64,000 bases of DNA from Patescibacteria group bacterium (GCA_023380755.1 JAMCSD010000002.1:22022-86021), one strand, 5' to 3'. Shown: positions 51,997 through 62,598, counted from the stretch's first letter. Numbers and translations are program-made. Notes: a model not told the origin generated them from the sequence alone.

Positions 51997-53013
51997 TTAA
52001 CGGAGTAGGGCTAAATCAGAATCGATCATCATTTTAATAAGTTCCTTAAAAGTGGTTTTGGGTTTCCAACCGGTAGCTTGGCGGATTTTAGAGGCATCCC
52101 CCACCAGCGGTCCGGTTTCGATCGGACGCACCCATTTAGGATTGATGGTGACATGGTCGTGCCAATTAAGGCCGACGTAGGAGAAGGCGGTCTCACATAG
52201 TTCTTTGATGGTGTGGACTTCACCCGTGCCAACGACAAAATCATCGGGATGGTCAAGCTGCAGGATCTGCCACATGGCCTCCACATAATCACCGGCAAAA
52301 CCCCAATCACGCTGGGCTTCAAGATTGCCAAGCTGAACTTTACTTTGGTGGTCAATAACGGGCAGGCTACCCTCGGCTAAGGGAATTCGGGAATCTTTAA
52401 GACCCAACTTAATGGCAGCCACAGCCAGTGAGACTTTGCGGGTGACAAAATCAGGACTGCGGCGAGGGGATTCGTGATTAAAAAGAATGCCGGTAGCAAT
52501 AAATAAATTAAAAGATTTCCGATAAATTTGGGCGTCAAAATGGGCTAAGGCTTTGGCAGCAGCATAAGGATTGGCCGGATGAATCGGGGTATTTTCATTT
52601 TGAGGAACAACTTTAGTTTCCCCAAAAAGCTCGCTGGTGCTCGCCTGATAAACTTTGGTCTTGGGGCAAACATTGCGGACAGCTTCAAAAATTCTTAAGG
52701 CTCCCAAACCGGTTTGGTCAGCGGTGGCGATCGGTTGATTCCAGGATTCCCCTACGTGCGATTGGGCGCCAAGATTATAAATTTCGTCAGGCTGGACCTG
52801 GCTAAGGTACATACTTAAGCAGGCAGGGTCGGAAAGATCACCTAAAAGAAAATTAATTTCATGCTTAAGATGAGCGACGTTGCCGTAACTTTGTTTACTG
52901 TTACGCCTTAATAATCCATAAACTTGGTAATCTTTACTTAGTAACAGTTCGGCCAAATAGGAACCGTCTTGACCGGTAATGCCGGTGATAAACGCCTTTT
53001 TATTTTTTTTCAT
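51997..53013 (-). CDS. gmd: GDP-mannose 4,6-dehydratase
   Basis: Motifs AFITGITGQDGSYLAELLL, YQASTSELFG, YAAAKA and FNHESPRR. Confidence 0.9.
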   Translation of the reverse strand: MKKNKKAFITGITGQDGSYLAELLLSKDYQVYGLLRRNSKQSYGNVAHLKHEINFLLGDLSDPACLSMYLSQVQPDEIYNLGAQSHVGESWNQPIATADQTGLGALRIFEAVRNVCPKTKVYQASTSELFGETKVVPQNENTPIHPANPYAAAKALAHFDAQIYRKSFNLFIATGILFNHESPRRSPDFVTRKVSLAVAAIKLGLKDSRIPLAEGSLPVIDHQSKVQLGNLEAQRDWGFAGDYVEAMWQILQLDHPDDFVVGTGEVHTIKELCETAFSYVGLNWHDHVTINPKWVRPIETGPLVGDASKIRQATGWKPKTTFKELIKMMIDSDLALLR

Positions 53014-54031
53014 AAGAAGTATGTTGATAATTATTTAGTTTTTGATAAAAAAGCTCAGCTTCCTTTTTGGAATTTGTCCACCAATCAGAATTTTGCTGGT
53101 ACCATTGGATAGTAGCTTTAATCCCCTCTTCCAGCGTATGTTTGGGGGTCCAACCGAGTTGTTGGTTAATTTTGGTCCAGTCAACCCGGTAATCATCGTG
53201 ACCGGGACGATCGGGAACATAATTAATTTGGTCAATGTTTTTACCCATAACTTGGAGGACGGTCTTAACTAAGTTTAAATTAGTACTGCCGTCCTTAAGG
53301 CCGCCGATGCAGTATGTTTCCCCAACCTTGCCTTTGTTTAAGATTGTATCAATAGCAGAACAATGGTCTTCAACATAAAGCCAATCGCGGATGTTGTCTC
53401 CTTGGCCATAGACAGGGATTTTTTGGTTGTTTAAAACGTTGGTGATCATCCGGGGGATAAATTTTTCCGGATTTTGGAAAGGACCGTAGTTATTGGAACA
53501 ATTAGAAATGGTGACAGGTAAGCCAAATGTCTTAAAAAAGCTGCGAACAAAATGATCAGAAGAGGCTTTGGAAGCAGCATAGGGACTGGTCGGGTTATAA
53601 GGGCGGTTCTCACGAAAGAAGTCCTGGGGGTCAAGACGGTTAACGGAACCGAAAACTTCGTCGGTGGAAATATGGTGAAAGCGCTTGACAGAGTGTTTTA
53701 GGGCAGCACTGAGTAAAACATAAGTGCCAAGGACATTGGTCCGCACAAAAAGCGTCGGGTTATCGATGGAGCGGTCGACATGGGATTCGGCGGCAAAGTG
53801 AACGACAACATCGGTTCCGGACATGACCTGATCGACAGCAACTTCATCAACGATGTCGCCTTTAACAAAATGATAACGGGGATTATGGCTGCAATCCTGT
53901 AAGCTAGCCGGGTTGGCAGCATAAGTAAGGTTGTCAAAGTTAATGATCGTGTCTGCCGGATGATTTTTAAGCCAATAGTGGATGAAGTTGCTACCGATAA
54001 ACCCCATCCCGCCGGTGACTAAAAGCTGCAT
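53000..54031 (-). CDS. rmlB: dTDP-glucose 4,6-dehydratase
   Basis: Motifs [33 protein letters not shown] and SNNYGPFQ. Confidence 0.9.
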   Translation of the reverse strand: MQLLVTGGMGFIGSNFIHYWLKNHPADTIINFDNLTYAANPASLQDCSHNPRYHFVKGDIVDEVAVDQVMSGTDVVVHFAAESHVDRSIDNPTLFVRTNVLGTYVLLSAALKHSVKRFHHISTDEVFGSVNRLDPQDFFRENRPYNPTSPYAASKASSDHFVRSFFKTFGLPVTISNCSNNYGPFQNPEKFIPRMITNVLNNQKIPVYGQGDNIRDWLYVEDHCSAIDTILNKGKVGETYCIGGLKDGSTNLNLVKTVLQVMGKNIDQINYVPDRPGHDDYRVDWTKINQQLGWTPKHTLEEGIKATIQWYQQNSDWWTNSKKEAELFYQKLNNYQHTSYEKK

Positions 54032-54078
54032 GTGGGTCCAGTATATACTATGTAGTTAACAGTTTCTATCGCGGCGAT

Positions 54079-54810
54079 ATGAAGGGAATTGTTTTGGCCG
54101 GTGGTAAGGCTACCAGGTTACGTCCTTTGACCAAGATTACCTCGAAGCAACTGCTTCCGGTTTATAACAAACCGATGATTTATTATCCCCTTGAGACCTT
54201 AATCAAAGCGGGGATCAAAGATATTTTAATAATCATTGCCCCGGATTATTCGGGACACTTTTTAAATTTATTGGGATCGGGACGTGAATTTGGAGCAAAA
54301 TTTTCTTATGAAATTCAGGAGGAGCCGAGGGGATTGGCTGATGCTTTTATAATTGGGGAGAATTTTATCGGGAGTGATAATGTGACGTTGATTTTAGGCG
54401 ACAACATATTTGATATGGATTTTAGCCAAGCAATCGGCGGCTTTAAGAAAGGAGGGTTAGTGTTTGCCAAGAAAGTGGCTGACCCAGAGCGTTACGGAGT
54501 GGTCGAGTTTGATAAAAGTAGGAATGTTGTCTCGATTGAAGAAAAACCGTCGAAGCCAAAAAGTAATTATGCGGTTCCCGGGTTGTATGTTTACGATAAC
54601 CGGGTAATCGATATTGCCAAAAAATTAAAGCCATCACCGAGGGGCGAAATCGAAATAACCGATGTCAACAACGCCTATCTGAAAATGGGTGAGTTGAGAG
54701 TGGAAGTAATTGACGGCATCTGGGAAGATGCCGGAACTTTTGAAAGTTTGTTACGCGCGAGTAATTTAATGGCCGAAAAAGAAGGAAAAAAAATGGGATC
54801 AAAATTATGA
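54079..54810 (+). CDS. rmlA: Glucose-1-phosphate thymidylyl/nucleotidyl-transferase (short RmlA-like form)
   Basis: Motifs [30 protein letters not shown] and ERYGVVEF. Confidence 0.8.
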   Translation: MKGIVLAGGKATRLRPLTKITSKQLLPVYNKPMIYYPLETLIKAGIKDILIIIAPDYSGHFLNLLGSGREFGAKFSYEIQEEPRGLADAFIIGENFIGSDNVTLILGDNIFDMDFSQAIGGFKKGGLVFAKKVADPERYGVVEFDKSRNVVSIEEKPSKPKSNYAVPGLYVYDNRVIDIAKKLKPSPRGEIEITDVNNAYLKMGELRVEVIDGIWEDAGTFESLLRASNLMAEKEGKKMGSKL

Positions 54811-55487
54811 TTGTGGTCATTGCTGGGATGCATCGCAGCGGCTCAACGTTTGTATTTAATGCGGTCAGGGAGTTGTTAGAAAAAAGAGGCAAGACCATTT
54901 GGATTTCAAGTGATAAATATGAGGACGTTATGGCCTTGTCGAAAGGCTACAAGAATATTATTATTAAGAGCCACTTGCCGGATGAGGGGATTACTCGTCT
55001 AGTAGAAGAGAAAAAGGCAGTATGTATCGGAACAATCAGAGAACCACAAGAGGCAATTAGATCTTTGATGAGAGTTTTTGGTTTTTCTTTCGAGATTTCA
55101 AATAAGCACATTTTTAACTGGTTAGGCTGGTATCAACAAAACCGGAAATTTGTATCGATCATAAAATATCAATTGGTCAATCATGCGCCTTTGATAGCCG
55201 TAATTCTTGTGGGTTGGTATATATTTGCAGGATTATTAATCTATGAAAGCATCAAAATTACAAAGAAATATAACAAAAATAGACTTCGGCAAAAACTAAA
55301 GGAGTTAAAGCCAGATGATGCTAATGTGGTCGATGCGGGTTTTAGTTATTATGATAAGGAAACTTTTTTTCATCGAAATCATATCTCTGAAGAGGGAGAG
55401 GAGGTGGGGCCGGTTTTGAGTGAAGAACAGCAAAGATTTATTCAGGAGGAAGCGAGGAAATATGGATTTTTGAAAATGTTAAATTGA
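54807..55487 (+). CDS. Sulfotransferase-like P-loop protein with an internal hydrophobic segment
   Basis: 5'-PSB-like motif [15 protein letters not shown], then KSH, then a 3'-PB-like [12 protein letters not shown] hydrophobic stretch [18 protein letters not shown] lies mid-protein. The gene is low in GC. Confidence 0.45.
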   Translation: MIVVIAGMHRSGSTFVFNAVRELLEKRGKTIWISSDKYEDVMALSKGYKNIIIKSHLPDEGITRLVEEKKAVCIGTIREPQEAIRSLMRVFGFSFEISNKHIFNWLGWYQQNRKFVSIIKYQLVNHAPLIAVILVGWYIFAGLLIYESIKITKKYNKNRLRQKLKELKPDDANVVDAGFSYYDKETFFHRNHISEEGEEVGPVLSEEQQRFIQEEARKYGFLKMLN

Positions 55488-56753
55488 TCGGCTGACAACA
55501 AAAACGTAGTTCGTAGTAGCTGAGCCGCCAATGTTAAGCATAAGACCGTGATCGGAATTCGCCACTTGGTAATTTCCCGCTTGGTGGGTAACTTGACGGT
55601 GAAGGTCTAGCAGCATCCGGACACCGGTGGCGCCGACGGGATGACCGACACCAATCAGACCGCCGCTGGGATTAATAGGATTTTTACCGCTAATGGTGAT
55701 AGAACCGTTTTCGATGACTTCATATTCCTTGCCAGGTGGAGTTAGGCCAAAGGCAGAGATAGCGGCATACTCACTAGAGGTGAAACAATCATGGGTTTCA
55801 TAAAAATCAATTTGTTTTTCCGAGAGTTTGGCTCGGGAAAGCGCATCCAGGACTGCCTGTCTGGTCCAGGGTAAAACAAAAAGATTAGAGGAAGATTCGG
55901 AGATTTTTTCGGAAAAAAGCACCGGAGCGACCCGATGACCCCAACCACTAATAGTAGATAGCGTATTAGCTTTGGAGAGATGCCGATGTTGAAGATATTT
56001 TGAAGAGTATTTAGGTGAGGCAAGAATAATACAAGCAGCCCCGTCAGTAACTTGAGAACAATCAGTCACGCTTAATTTACCGCCGACGGAAATGTTATAG
56101 TTTCCCTGGCGATGGCAGGCGTGGTTTTTATTCATAAACCAGCTGCGGGTTTGGGCTAAAGGATTAAGTTTGGCATTATGGTAGTTGATTGATGATATTT
56201 CCGCTAAGTTACTAAGAAACCTATTTTCATCGAGTTGATAACGGGATAAATAGACATCAGCTAGTTGGCCAAAAAGTTTGGGAAAGGGAAAAGAAATGTT
56301 TTTTGCCTCTTTTTCATAATAAGCAGCCGTTCCTAAAAAGTCACCGCCAACAGCCGAACTGACGGTTTTCATAACTTCGATGCCTAAAACAATGGCTAAG
56401 TCATAATCCCCGACTCTTATTTTGGTGGCGGCGGCGTCAATGGCGACCGAACCTGAAGCGCAAGCTGCTTCAAACCTACTTCCGGGAACACCAAAAAAGG
56501 ATGGGTGGATTTCTGTAAAGAAGGCGCCCAAGTGTCCTTGGTTAAAATACTGTTCCCCATCAAAGTTACCCAAAAAAATGCCGATTTTGTTTTTCTTATT
56601 AAGACGAATAATTTCTTGAAAATCTATTCCAGTATCGGAAAGGGCGTCAGAAATTACTTCCCGCATCATGGCAATAAATGTTTTGCCTTCTTTGGACCAG
56701 TTACGTTGAAAATCAGTCTGAGCGCCACCGATAATATGTACTATTGATGTCAT
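55479..56753 (-). CDS. Thiolase-fold enzyme (acetyl-CoA C-acetyltransferase-like)
   Basis: Active-site Cys [12 protein letters not shown], then [10 protein letters not shown], and [20 protein letters not shown]. Confidence 0.8.
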   Translation of the reverse strand: MTSIVHIIGGAQTDFQRNWSKEGKTFIAMMREVISDALSDTGIDFQEIIRLNKKNKIGIFLGNFDGEQYFNQGHLGAFFTEIHPSFFGVPGSRFEAACASGSVAIDAAATKIRVGDYDLAIVLGIEVMKTVSSAVGGDFLGTAAYYEKEAKNISFPFPKLFGQLADVYLSRYQLDENRFLSNLAEISSINYHNAKLNPLAQTRSWFMNKNHACHRQGNYNISVGGKLSVTDCSQVTDGAACIILASPKYSSKYLQHRHLSKANTLSTISGWGHRVAPVLFSEKISESSSNLFVLPWTRQAVLDALSRAKLSEKQIDFYETHDCFTSSEYAAISAFGLTPPGKEYEVIENGSITISGKNPINPSGGLIGVGHPVGATGVRMLLDLHRQVTHQAGNYQVANSDHGLMLNIGGSATTNYVFVVSRSI

Positions 56754-58043
56754 TTATATGGCTCTAATAAAATTACGATAATCTAATTGATTTTGAAGTT
56801 TATAAAAGTGGTCGATAGAGGAAGAAAGAGTTTGGGGAACTGGTAATTTGAATCGGTGAATGAGTTTTACCGTTGGCTGGTAACCGCCCAAAAGATCGAT
56901 TAAAGCTGATGGTGGCAGCCAATTAAAACCATAGCCCATGACCAAGTCAATATCGTGAAGTTGATTAACAACGGTACCAACTAAGGATAAAGAGTAACTG
57001 ATATAACGAGCGATAAAATAAGCCATAATTTCTGATTCTTGGGTGTTGCCGGTTAGTATGTCGTTAAAGGCTTCTTGGTACTGAGCGACGGAGATCTTGG
57101 CTTTGATCTTGGTAAGTAAGGGAAAGTTTAGAACCGGTATGGGCTCATAACGGAGTTTGACGGTATTGAAGACATATTTCTGGCCATTTTCGTTTTTATA
57201 AAGACCCTGGCCAGATTTATTGCCAAGATATCCCCGGGAGATAAGAAAGGTAAGAAACGCGGGCATTTTAAATGTCTCATGAGCTTCGTCAGAGGTGTGA
57301 AGATACAAATTATCAACAATTGCTTGATGAACATCGAGTCCAACCAAATCAGAAGTGGCCATGGGAGGTAAGGTGTGGCCGGTCACTCCGCCCAGAAGTT
57401 CGTCGATATAGGTAATTCCGCCGAGATCTTGGTAGCGGTTGGCAAATTGGGCGGCTTCATTAAGGATTTGAAATCCGATCCGATTTCCGGCGAAACCGGG
57501 GCTATCTTTGGTAATTACCACCTGGCGGTGAAGTTGGTTTGAGAGATAACTAATTAGTTCCGCCTGGGTAGAAGGGTCAGATTTGTTGGTAGGGATAAAT
57601 TCACAAAGTAATAACCGGTAAGGAGGATTATAAAAATGAGTCCCAAAATAAAATTTAGATTCACTTTCGGTAAAACACTTGGATAACTCGTTTATGGAGA
57701 GACCTGAAGAAACGGTGGAGACAATTGAACCTGATTTTTTATATTTAGCAATTAGGGAGGTAATCTCCTTTTTGAGTTCTAAGTTTTCGGCAGTTAACTC
57801 AAAAATCCAATCACTTTGAGGAATGCAGCTAGCTAAGTCGGCGTAGGTTTGCGGAATGAACTGATGAGCAATGGTATCAGTCTTGATGGAATCTTGCGCA
57901 ATATGTATCCCCTCTTGGGCTTTTTCTAAAGTCCTGGCAACCATAAAAATTTTAGCTTCACCAAACCCGGCGATAATTCCGGCGCAATGAGAACCCATGG
58001 TGCCATTAGCGCCTAGAATGGTAACGGTTTTGATGGATTTCAT
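56754..58043 (-). CDS. 3-hydroxyacyl-CoA dehydrogenase family protein
   Basis: Rossmann motif VTILGANGTMGSHCAG and the family motif SPGFAGNRIGFQILNEA. Its stop abuts the thiolase start. Confidence 0.75.
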   Translation of the reverse strand: MKSIKTVTILGANGTMGSHCAGIIAGFGEAKIFMVARTLEKAQEGIHIAQDSIKTDTIAHQFIPQTYADLASCIPQSDWIFELTAENLELKKEITSLIAKYKKSGSIVSTVSSGLSINELSKCFTESESKFYFGTHFYNPPYRLLLCEFIPTNKSDPSTQAELISYLSNQLHRQVVITKDSPGFAGNRIGFQILNEAAQFANRYQDLGGITYIDELLGGVTGHTLPPMATSDLVGLDVHQAIVDNLYLHTSDEAHETFKMPAFLTFLISRGYLGNKSGQGLYKNENGQKYVFNTVKLRYEPIPVLNFPLLTKIKAKISVAQYQEAFNDILTGNTQESEIMAYFIARYISYSLSLVGTVVNQLHDIDLVMGYGFNWLPPSALIDLLGGYQPTVKLIHRFKLPVPQTLSSSIDHFYKLQNQLDYRNFIRAI

Positions 58044-58080
58044 GGTTCAGCTTATTATAAGTTAAAAAATTATAAAAAGT

Positions 58081-58893
58081 TTAAGAAAAATGGTAGAAAC
58101 GTTCGAAAGAAGTGAAGGAGCGGCCGACTAATAATTTTTTTAGCTTAGGGAAGGTTTTTTTTAAATTAAGTTCGTGGATAAAAGTTTCCATTGGTTTTAA
58201 GGGAATCCTGGGGTGTGTCGGGTCAAGTTCCCAGGGGTGAATATAGAAAATAACCGGATGGTTTTGGCGGTTTACAGTCTGTGTTAACAATTTAATTATT
58301 GGAAGTGGTAAGAGGCGGAAATAAAAACCGCCGGAGAACGGAAATCGCTGATGGTGAATTTCTAAAGTAGAAGGAGGTGTTTCGGTAATCGAGCCTATGG
58401 AGGTAGAAAAGCGAGGAGCCTGGTTGTCCCCATAAAGATAAGTTTTGTACGGGAAGACGCTGGAGGAGTACTTTAAATGGTATTTGGCCAAGATGTCCCA
58501 GAACCAGGGTGTTTCAGAACGACAAACGGACCAGGCAGGTGCACGATAACCTAAAACCTTTTTTTGGGTGATATCTTCTAATAAAGTGACAGTTTTTTTG
58601 AGATCACTTTCGAACTGTTGGGGTGACATAAGATTGATAAACTGATGATGGAACCCGTGACAACCGATTTCATGGCCTAGTGAAGCAATTTTTTTAATTA
58701 ATTGGGGGTGTCTTTTGGCTACTTCACCAACCACAAAGAAGGTGCCGTAATTTTTGGTTTTACCTAAATGATCTAAAAGTTTCTCGGTGGGAGCGATGAC
58801 ACGATAATCATTGGTCTTGAAGGGCTGGCCAGCTGGTGATGAATGATACCAATCTTCTAAATCGACAGAGAAAATGTTTAATAATTTTTCCAT
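58081..58893 (-). CDS. Polysaccharide deacetylase (DUF3473-containing, EPS-locus type)
   Basis: N-terminal FSVDLEDWYH, then GTFFVVGEV, HEIGCHGFHH and YRAPAWS. Confidence 0.8.
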   Translation of the reverse strand: MEKLLNIFSVDLEDWYHSSPAGQPFKTNDYRVIAPTEKLLDHLGKTKNYGTFFVVGEVAKRHPQLIKKIASLGHEIGCHGFHHQFINLMSPQQFESDLKKTVTLLEDITQKKVLGYRAPAWSVCRSETPWFWDILAKYHLKYSSSVFPYKTYLYGDNQAPRFSTSIGSITETPPSTLEIHHQRFPFSGGFYFRLLPLPIIKLLTQTVNRQNHPVIFYIHPWELDPTHPRIPLKPMETFIHELNLKKTFPKLKKLLVGRSFTSFERFYHFS

Positions 58894-58945
58894 TGAGCTT
58901 TGGTTTAATGCGTGATAAATTAGTTAGATAAGCTTAAGGATAACA

Positions 58946-60028
58946 ATGGATATCATAACAAAAAACGAACGAGGTTGGCGGGTTAGCGATTATCAAAAAA
59001 AGTATAAAAAGAGTATTTTAGATTTGTTTAAAAAAGAGTATCCGGAGTCAAAACTATGGGACGGTGATTTTTTTGAGTGGCAACACTTTCATAATCCAGC
59101 AGGTAAATCAGTGATTAAATTAGCGATAAATGCCAACGATGAGGTGGTGGGTTTTTATTGTGTTTCACCACAAGATTATTCGGTCAAGGGTAAGATTGTC
59201 CATGGGTCGATATCTTTAAGCACGTTGGTGAGAGATGACTTTAGAGGGATGGGGATATTTACGATTTTAGCTCAAGAATGTTTTAAAGAATGCCAAAAAT
59301 TAGGAATAAAATTTACTTTGGGTTTTCCGAACCAGAACTCATACCCGGGTTTTATGAAAAAGTTGGGATTTACAGATTTGGGTGAAATGCCTTTGTTAAT
59401 CAGACCTTATAATTTAAACCATTTGATTACAGAAAAGTTTAACTCTAAGTTATTGGGCGTTTTCATGAATCCTATCGATTGGTTTTTAAAAACTTTTCGC
59501 TATTCAGGAAATGATCTGGTTGAAGGTGAAGACATTGGAAGGCAGCAAGATGATATTTGGCGAAAGGCGAAGGTACGCGAGAAAATTTTGGCTGTTAGAG
59601 ATAGGAATTTCTTAGGCTGGCGAACGAAATGGCCTGGTAGAAATTACAAATGCTTATATCTTCGGGAAAATAACCTGGTTAGAGGTTATATTATTTTGAC
59701 AACTTTCTTAACTGGAAAAATAAGAAATGGATTGATCGCTGATTTTTTTATTGAGGATTCGAAAGAGATTGACAAGATAGCCGTTAGATTGTTAAAACAA
59801 GCAGATTCTTTTTGGAAAGAGAATAAGGTTGACCAGGCAGGTTGCTTATTAAGCCAAGATTCAACAGAATATAAAATACTTAAGAGACATGGTTACTTTA
59901 ATTGTCCGGATTTTATTAAACCGCAACCAATGAGAGTAATTGTGAAGTGGCATGAAGGGAATGTTCCATCAGAATTAAGTGATTTAGGAAAATGGTATAT
60001 TACGCTTATAGATTATGATGTGGTATAA
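58946..60028 (+). CDS. Two-domain GNAT-fold acyltransferase
   Basis: GNAT core VVGFYCVSP...VRDDFRGMGIFTILAQECFKECQKLGIKFTLGFPNQNSYPGFMKKLGF, followed by a second domain of about 150 aa. Confidence 0.6.
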   Translation: MDIITKNERGWRVSDYQKKYKKSILDLFKKEYPESKLWDGDFFEWQHFHNPAGKSVIKLAINANDEVVGFYCVSPQDYSVKGKIVHGSISLSTLVRDDFRGMGIFTILAQECFKECQKLGIKFTLGFPNQNSYPGFMKKLGFTDLGEMPLLIRPYNLNHLITEKFNSKLLGVFMNPIDWFLKTFRYSGNDLVEGEDIGRQQDDIWRKAKVREKILAVRDRNFLGWRTKWPGRNYKCLYLRENNLVRGYIILTTFLTGKIRNGLIADFFIEDSKEIDKIAVRLLKQADSFWKENKVDQAGCLLSQDSTEYKILKRHGYFNCPDFIKPQPMRVIVKWHEGNVPSELSDLGKWYITLIDYDVV

Positions 60029-60034
60029 GACTTT

Positions 60035-61510
60035 ATGAAAATAATGCTTGTGAGCCCTCCCTTTTATCGTATTTTGGGTTTATATAACCGCTACTATCCT
60101 TTTGCCCTAGTTCTGTTAGGGACTATACTTAAAAAGGAAGGTTATCAGGTAGCGGTATATGATGCCGATTTTTACCTTAAACCAGAGACAATTAATTATG
60201 CCCAAATTCTGGAACGAGAAACTGTTTTTGTGGAGTCACTAAATGACAAGAACAATAAAATTTGGGACGAAGTAATAAAAAATATTAAGAAATATAAACC
60301 AGATGTTTTGGGGATATCGGTTTATACAACTTTTGCTGGATCGTCTTTTCATCTAGCTAAGTTAGTAAAGAAAGCTTTACCGAAATGCAAAATTGTGATG
60401 GGCGGACCACATGCAACCGTAAAAGCTGACGAAATTTTAAAAATATGTAGGGATGTGGATTACGTGATTCGAGGTGAAGCGGAAGAATCTTTTAAAGGCT
60501 TAATAGCGCATCTTCGCGACAAAAAGAAAGGAGAGATTAAAGTTTTGGGCGTATCTTACCGGAAGGGAAAGAAAATAATTCATAATGGTAATAGTGTGGC
60601 GCCAACAGATTTGGATAAATATCCGTCACCGGATCGAAGTATTCTTTTAAACGAGAAACAACTGTCTTCTGAAGATATGGGTTTGGTGATGACCAGTCGA
60701 GGATGTCCATTTAGATGTACCTACTGTGCTTCGACAAAAGGAATTCGTTACCGATCAGTTGATAATGTAATTAAGGAAATTACAGAAGTAAAAAGGAAAT
60801 ATGGCACTGTTCAGTTTACATTAAAAGATGATTCATTTACGGTGGATAAAAAGCGGGTGAAGGAATTTTGCCAGAAATTAATAGATTTAAAAATCAATAT
60901 TAAATGGGAGTGTAATACAAGAGTAAATTTAATTGATGAAGAGATGCTGAGGATTATGAAAAAAGCTGGTTTAAATTTTATAAAAGTGGGGGTAGAGTCC
61001 GGATCACAAAAGATGATTGAGAGAATGAATAAAGGGATAACGCTGGATCAGATCAGAAAAGCGGCGCAATTATTTAGGAAGTTAGGTATTCATTGGACCG
61101 GCTATTTTATGATGGGTGTCGTCGGAGAAACCGAAGAAGATATTTACGAGACAGTAAAGTTTTTAAATGAGGTTAAGCCGAATTTGGGAGTAATCGCCGT
61201 ATATGAGGCTTTTCCGGGAACAGTCATGTTTGAGGAGGGGAAAAAATTAGGATTATACCGAGATGATATGAGTCTGAAGGACTTTTACACCATGACTCCC
61301 GAAACTTATTATAAGAAGGATCCGAAGATACAAAATGATCGCATCAAACCGGAAAGATTTGACGAGATTGAAGCAGAAGTAAATCAAGCTTTTTATAAAA
61401 ATAACCGTAATTTGATTAATGTTTATGCTATGGGAAGATCGAAGATGGGTGTTTACCTTCGGGACCCAAAAATCTTGATCGAGGATGCGAAAAAATTACT
61501 GAGTTATTAG
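60035..61510 (+). CDS. B12-binding-domain radical SAM enzyme (class B)
   Basis: N-terminal cobalamin-binding-like domain (PDVLGISVYTT...IVMGGPHAT). Radical SAM cluster motif SRGCPFRCTYC. Confidence 0.8.
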   Translation: MKIMLVSPPFYRILGLYNRYYPFALVLLGTILKKEGYQVAVYDADFYLKPETINYAQILERETVFVESLNDKNNKIWDEVIKNIKKYKPDVLGISVYTTFAGSSFHLAKLVKKALPKCKIVMGGPHATVKADEILKICRDVDYVIRGEAEESFKGLIAHLRDKKKGEIKVLGVSYRKGKKIIHNGNSVAPTDLDKYPSPDRSILLNEKQLSSEDMGLVMTSRGCPFRCTYCASTKGIRYRSVDNVIKEITEVKRKYGTVQFTLKDDSFTVDKKRVKEFCQKLIDLKINIKWECNTRVNLIDEEMLRIMKKAGLNFIKVGVESGSQKMIERMNKGITLDQIRKAAQLFRKLGIHWTGYFMMGVVGETEEDIYETVKFLNEVKPNLGVIAVYEAFPGTVMFEEGKKLGLYRDDMSLKDFYTMTPETYYKKDPKIQNDRIKPERFDEIEAEVNQAFYKNNRNLINVYAMGRSKMGVYLRDPKILIEDAKKLLSY

Positions 61511-61511
61511 T

Positions 61512-62240
61512 ATGAAAGAAAAGGTCTTAATCTCGATCCCGGCTTATAATGAAGAACTGAATATTGGCTCGACCATAAAAAAATTAAAAAGTTTTTCACA
61601 CGGAAAAAATTGGGATATTTTGGTAGTTGATGACGGTTCAAAAGATCAAACATCAATCGAGGCAAGAAAATACGGCGTAATTGTAGTCAGGCACCCCTTT
61701 AATATGGGGTATGGTGTAGCTATTCAAACTGGATACAAATATGCGTTGGAAAATGGCTATGATATTTTGGCCCAGATTGACGCTGATGGGCAGCATGATC
61801 CAAAGTATATCGAAGAAATGATAAAGGACTTGAAAGAAAAGCGGTTGGATGTGGTCATTGGTTCTCGGTTCAGAAAAAATACTGATTATCACGCACCATT
61901 AGCTCGAAGGATTGGGATGATAGTGTTTAGTTTTATTGTCAGTTTAGTAACCAGACGTAAGGTTACCGATTCGACTTCAGGTTATCAAGTGATTAGCCGG
62001 CGAGTATTAAGTTTTTTATGTTCTGATTCGTTCCCCTGCGATTATCCGGATGCAGATTTGCTGATAATGTTGCATTTTGCTGGATTTAAGGTAGATGAAA
62101 TTCCGATGAAGATGTATGAAAACAAGACCGGAAAATCAATGCATGGAAGTTTGATAAAGAACTTCTATTATGTTGCCAAAATGACGCTGTCAATTTTTAC
62201 AATTGTTTTACGTAGAATTACCAGTTTACCAAGCTTCTAA
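61512..62240 (+). CDS. Glycosyltransferase family 2, polyprenyl-phosphate sugar synthase-like (DPM1/PpgS type)
   Basis: Motifs LISIPAYNEELNI, VVDDGSKDQT, QIDADGQHDP and a C-terminal membrane segment. Confidence 0.75.
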   Translation: MKEKVLISIPAYNEELNIGSTIKKLKSFSHGKNWDILVVDDGSKDQTSIEARKYGVIVVRHPFNMGYGVAIQTGYKYALENGYDILAQIDADGQHDPKYIEEMIKDLKEKRLDVVIGSRFRKNTDYHAPLARRIGMIVFSFIVSLVTRRKVTDSTSGYQVISRRVLSFLCSDSFPCDYPDADLLIMLHFAGFKVDEIPMKMYENKTGKSMHGSLIKNFYYVAKMTLSIFTIVLRRITSLPSF

Positions 62241-62241
62241 A

Positions 62242-62598
62242 ATGCCTCGAGTCCAGCAGTTATTTTTTTATATAGTCGCGATTTTTTTGTTGGTACTGAT
62301 CCTAAATTTAGTTCGAAAAAGAAAGCTTAGAGAAAATTATAGTTTATTGTGGATATTTATTTCCTTTGTACTGATGCTGATTGTCCTGATGTATCCATTG
62401 TTAGTTAAGTTTTCAAATTATTTTCTGGCTAACCCGACATCGATGATTATGTTTTGTGGTATGATGGCTTTATTGTTATTGATATTACAACTATGTTTAA
62501 TGAATTCGGTACAGGCGACACAGATAAAGAACTTAGTGCAAAAGATAACGCTTTTGGAGGAAAAAATTGTTCATCTAAAGGATACGTCAAGTAAATAA
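62242..62598 (+). CDS. Small 3-4 TM membrane protein, DUF2304-like partner of the GT2
   Basis: MPRVQQLFFYIVAIFLLVLILNLVRKRKLRENYSLLWIF. Start at ATG 62242, just after the GT2 stop. It ends in a C-terminal coiled segment. Confidence 0.55.
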   Translation: MPRVQQLFFYIVAIFLLVLILNLVRKRKLRENYSLLWIFISFVLMLIVLMYPLLVKFSNYFLANPTSMIMFCGMMALLLLILQLCLMNSVQATQIKNLVQKITLLEEKIVHLKDTSSK

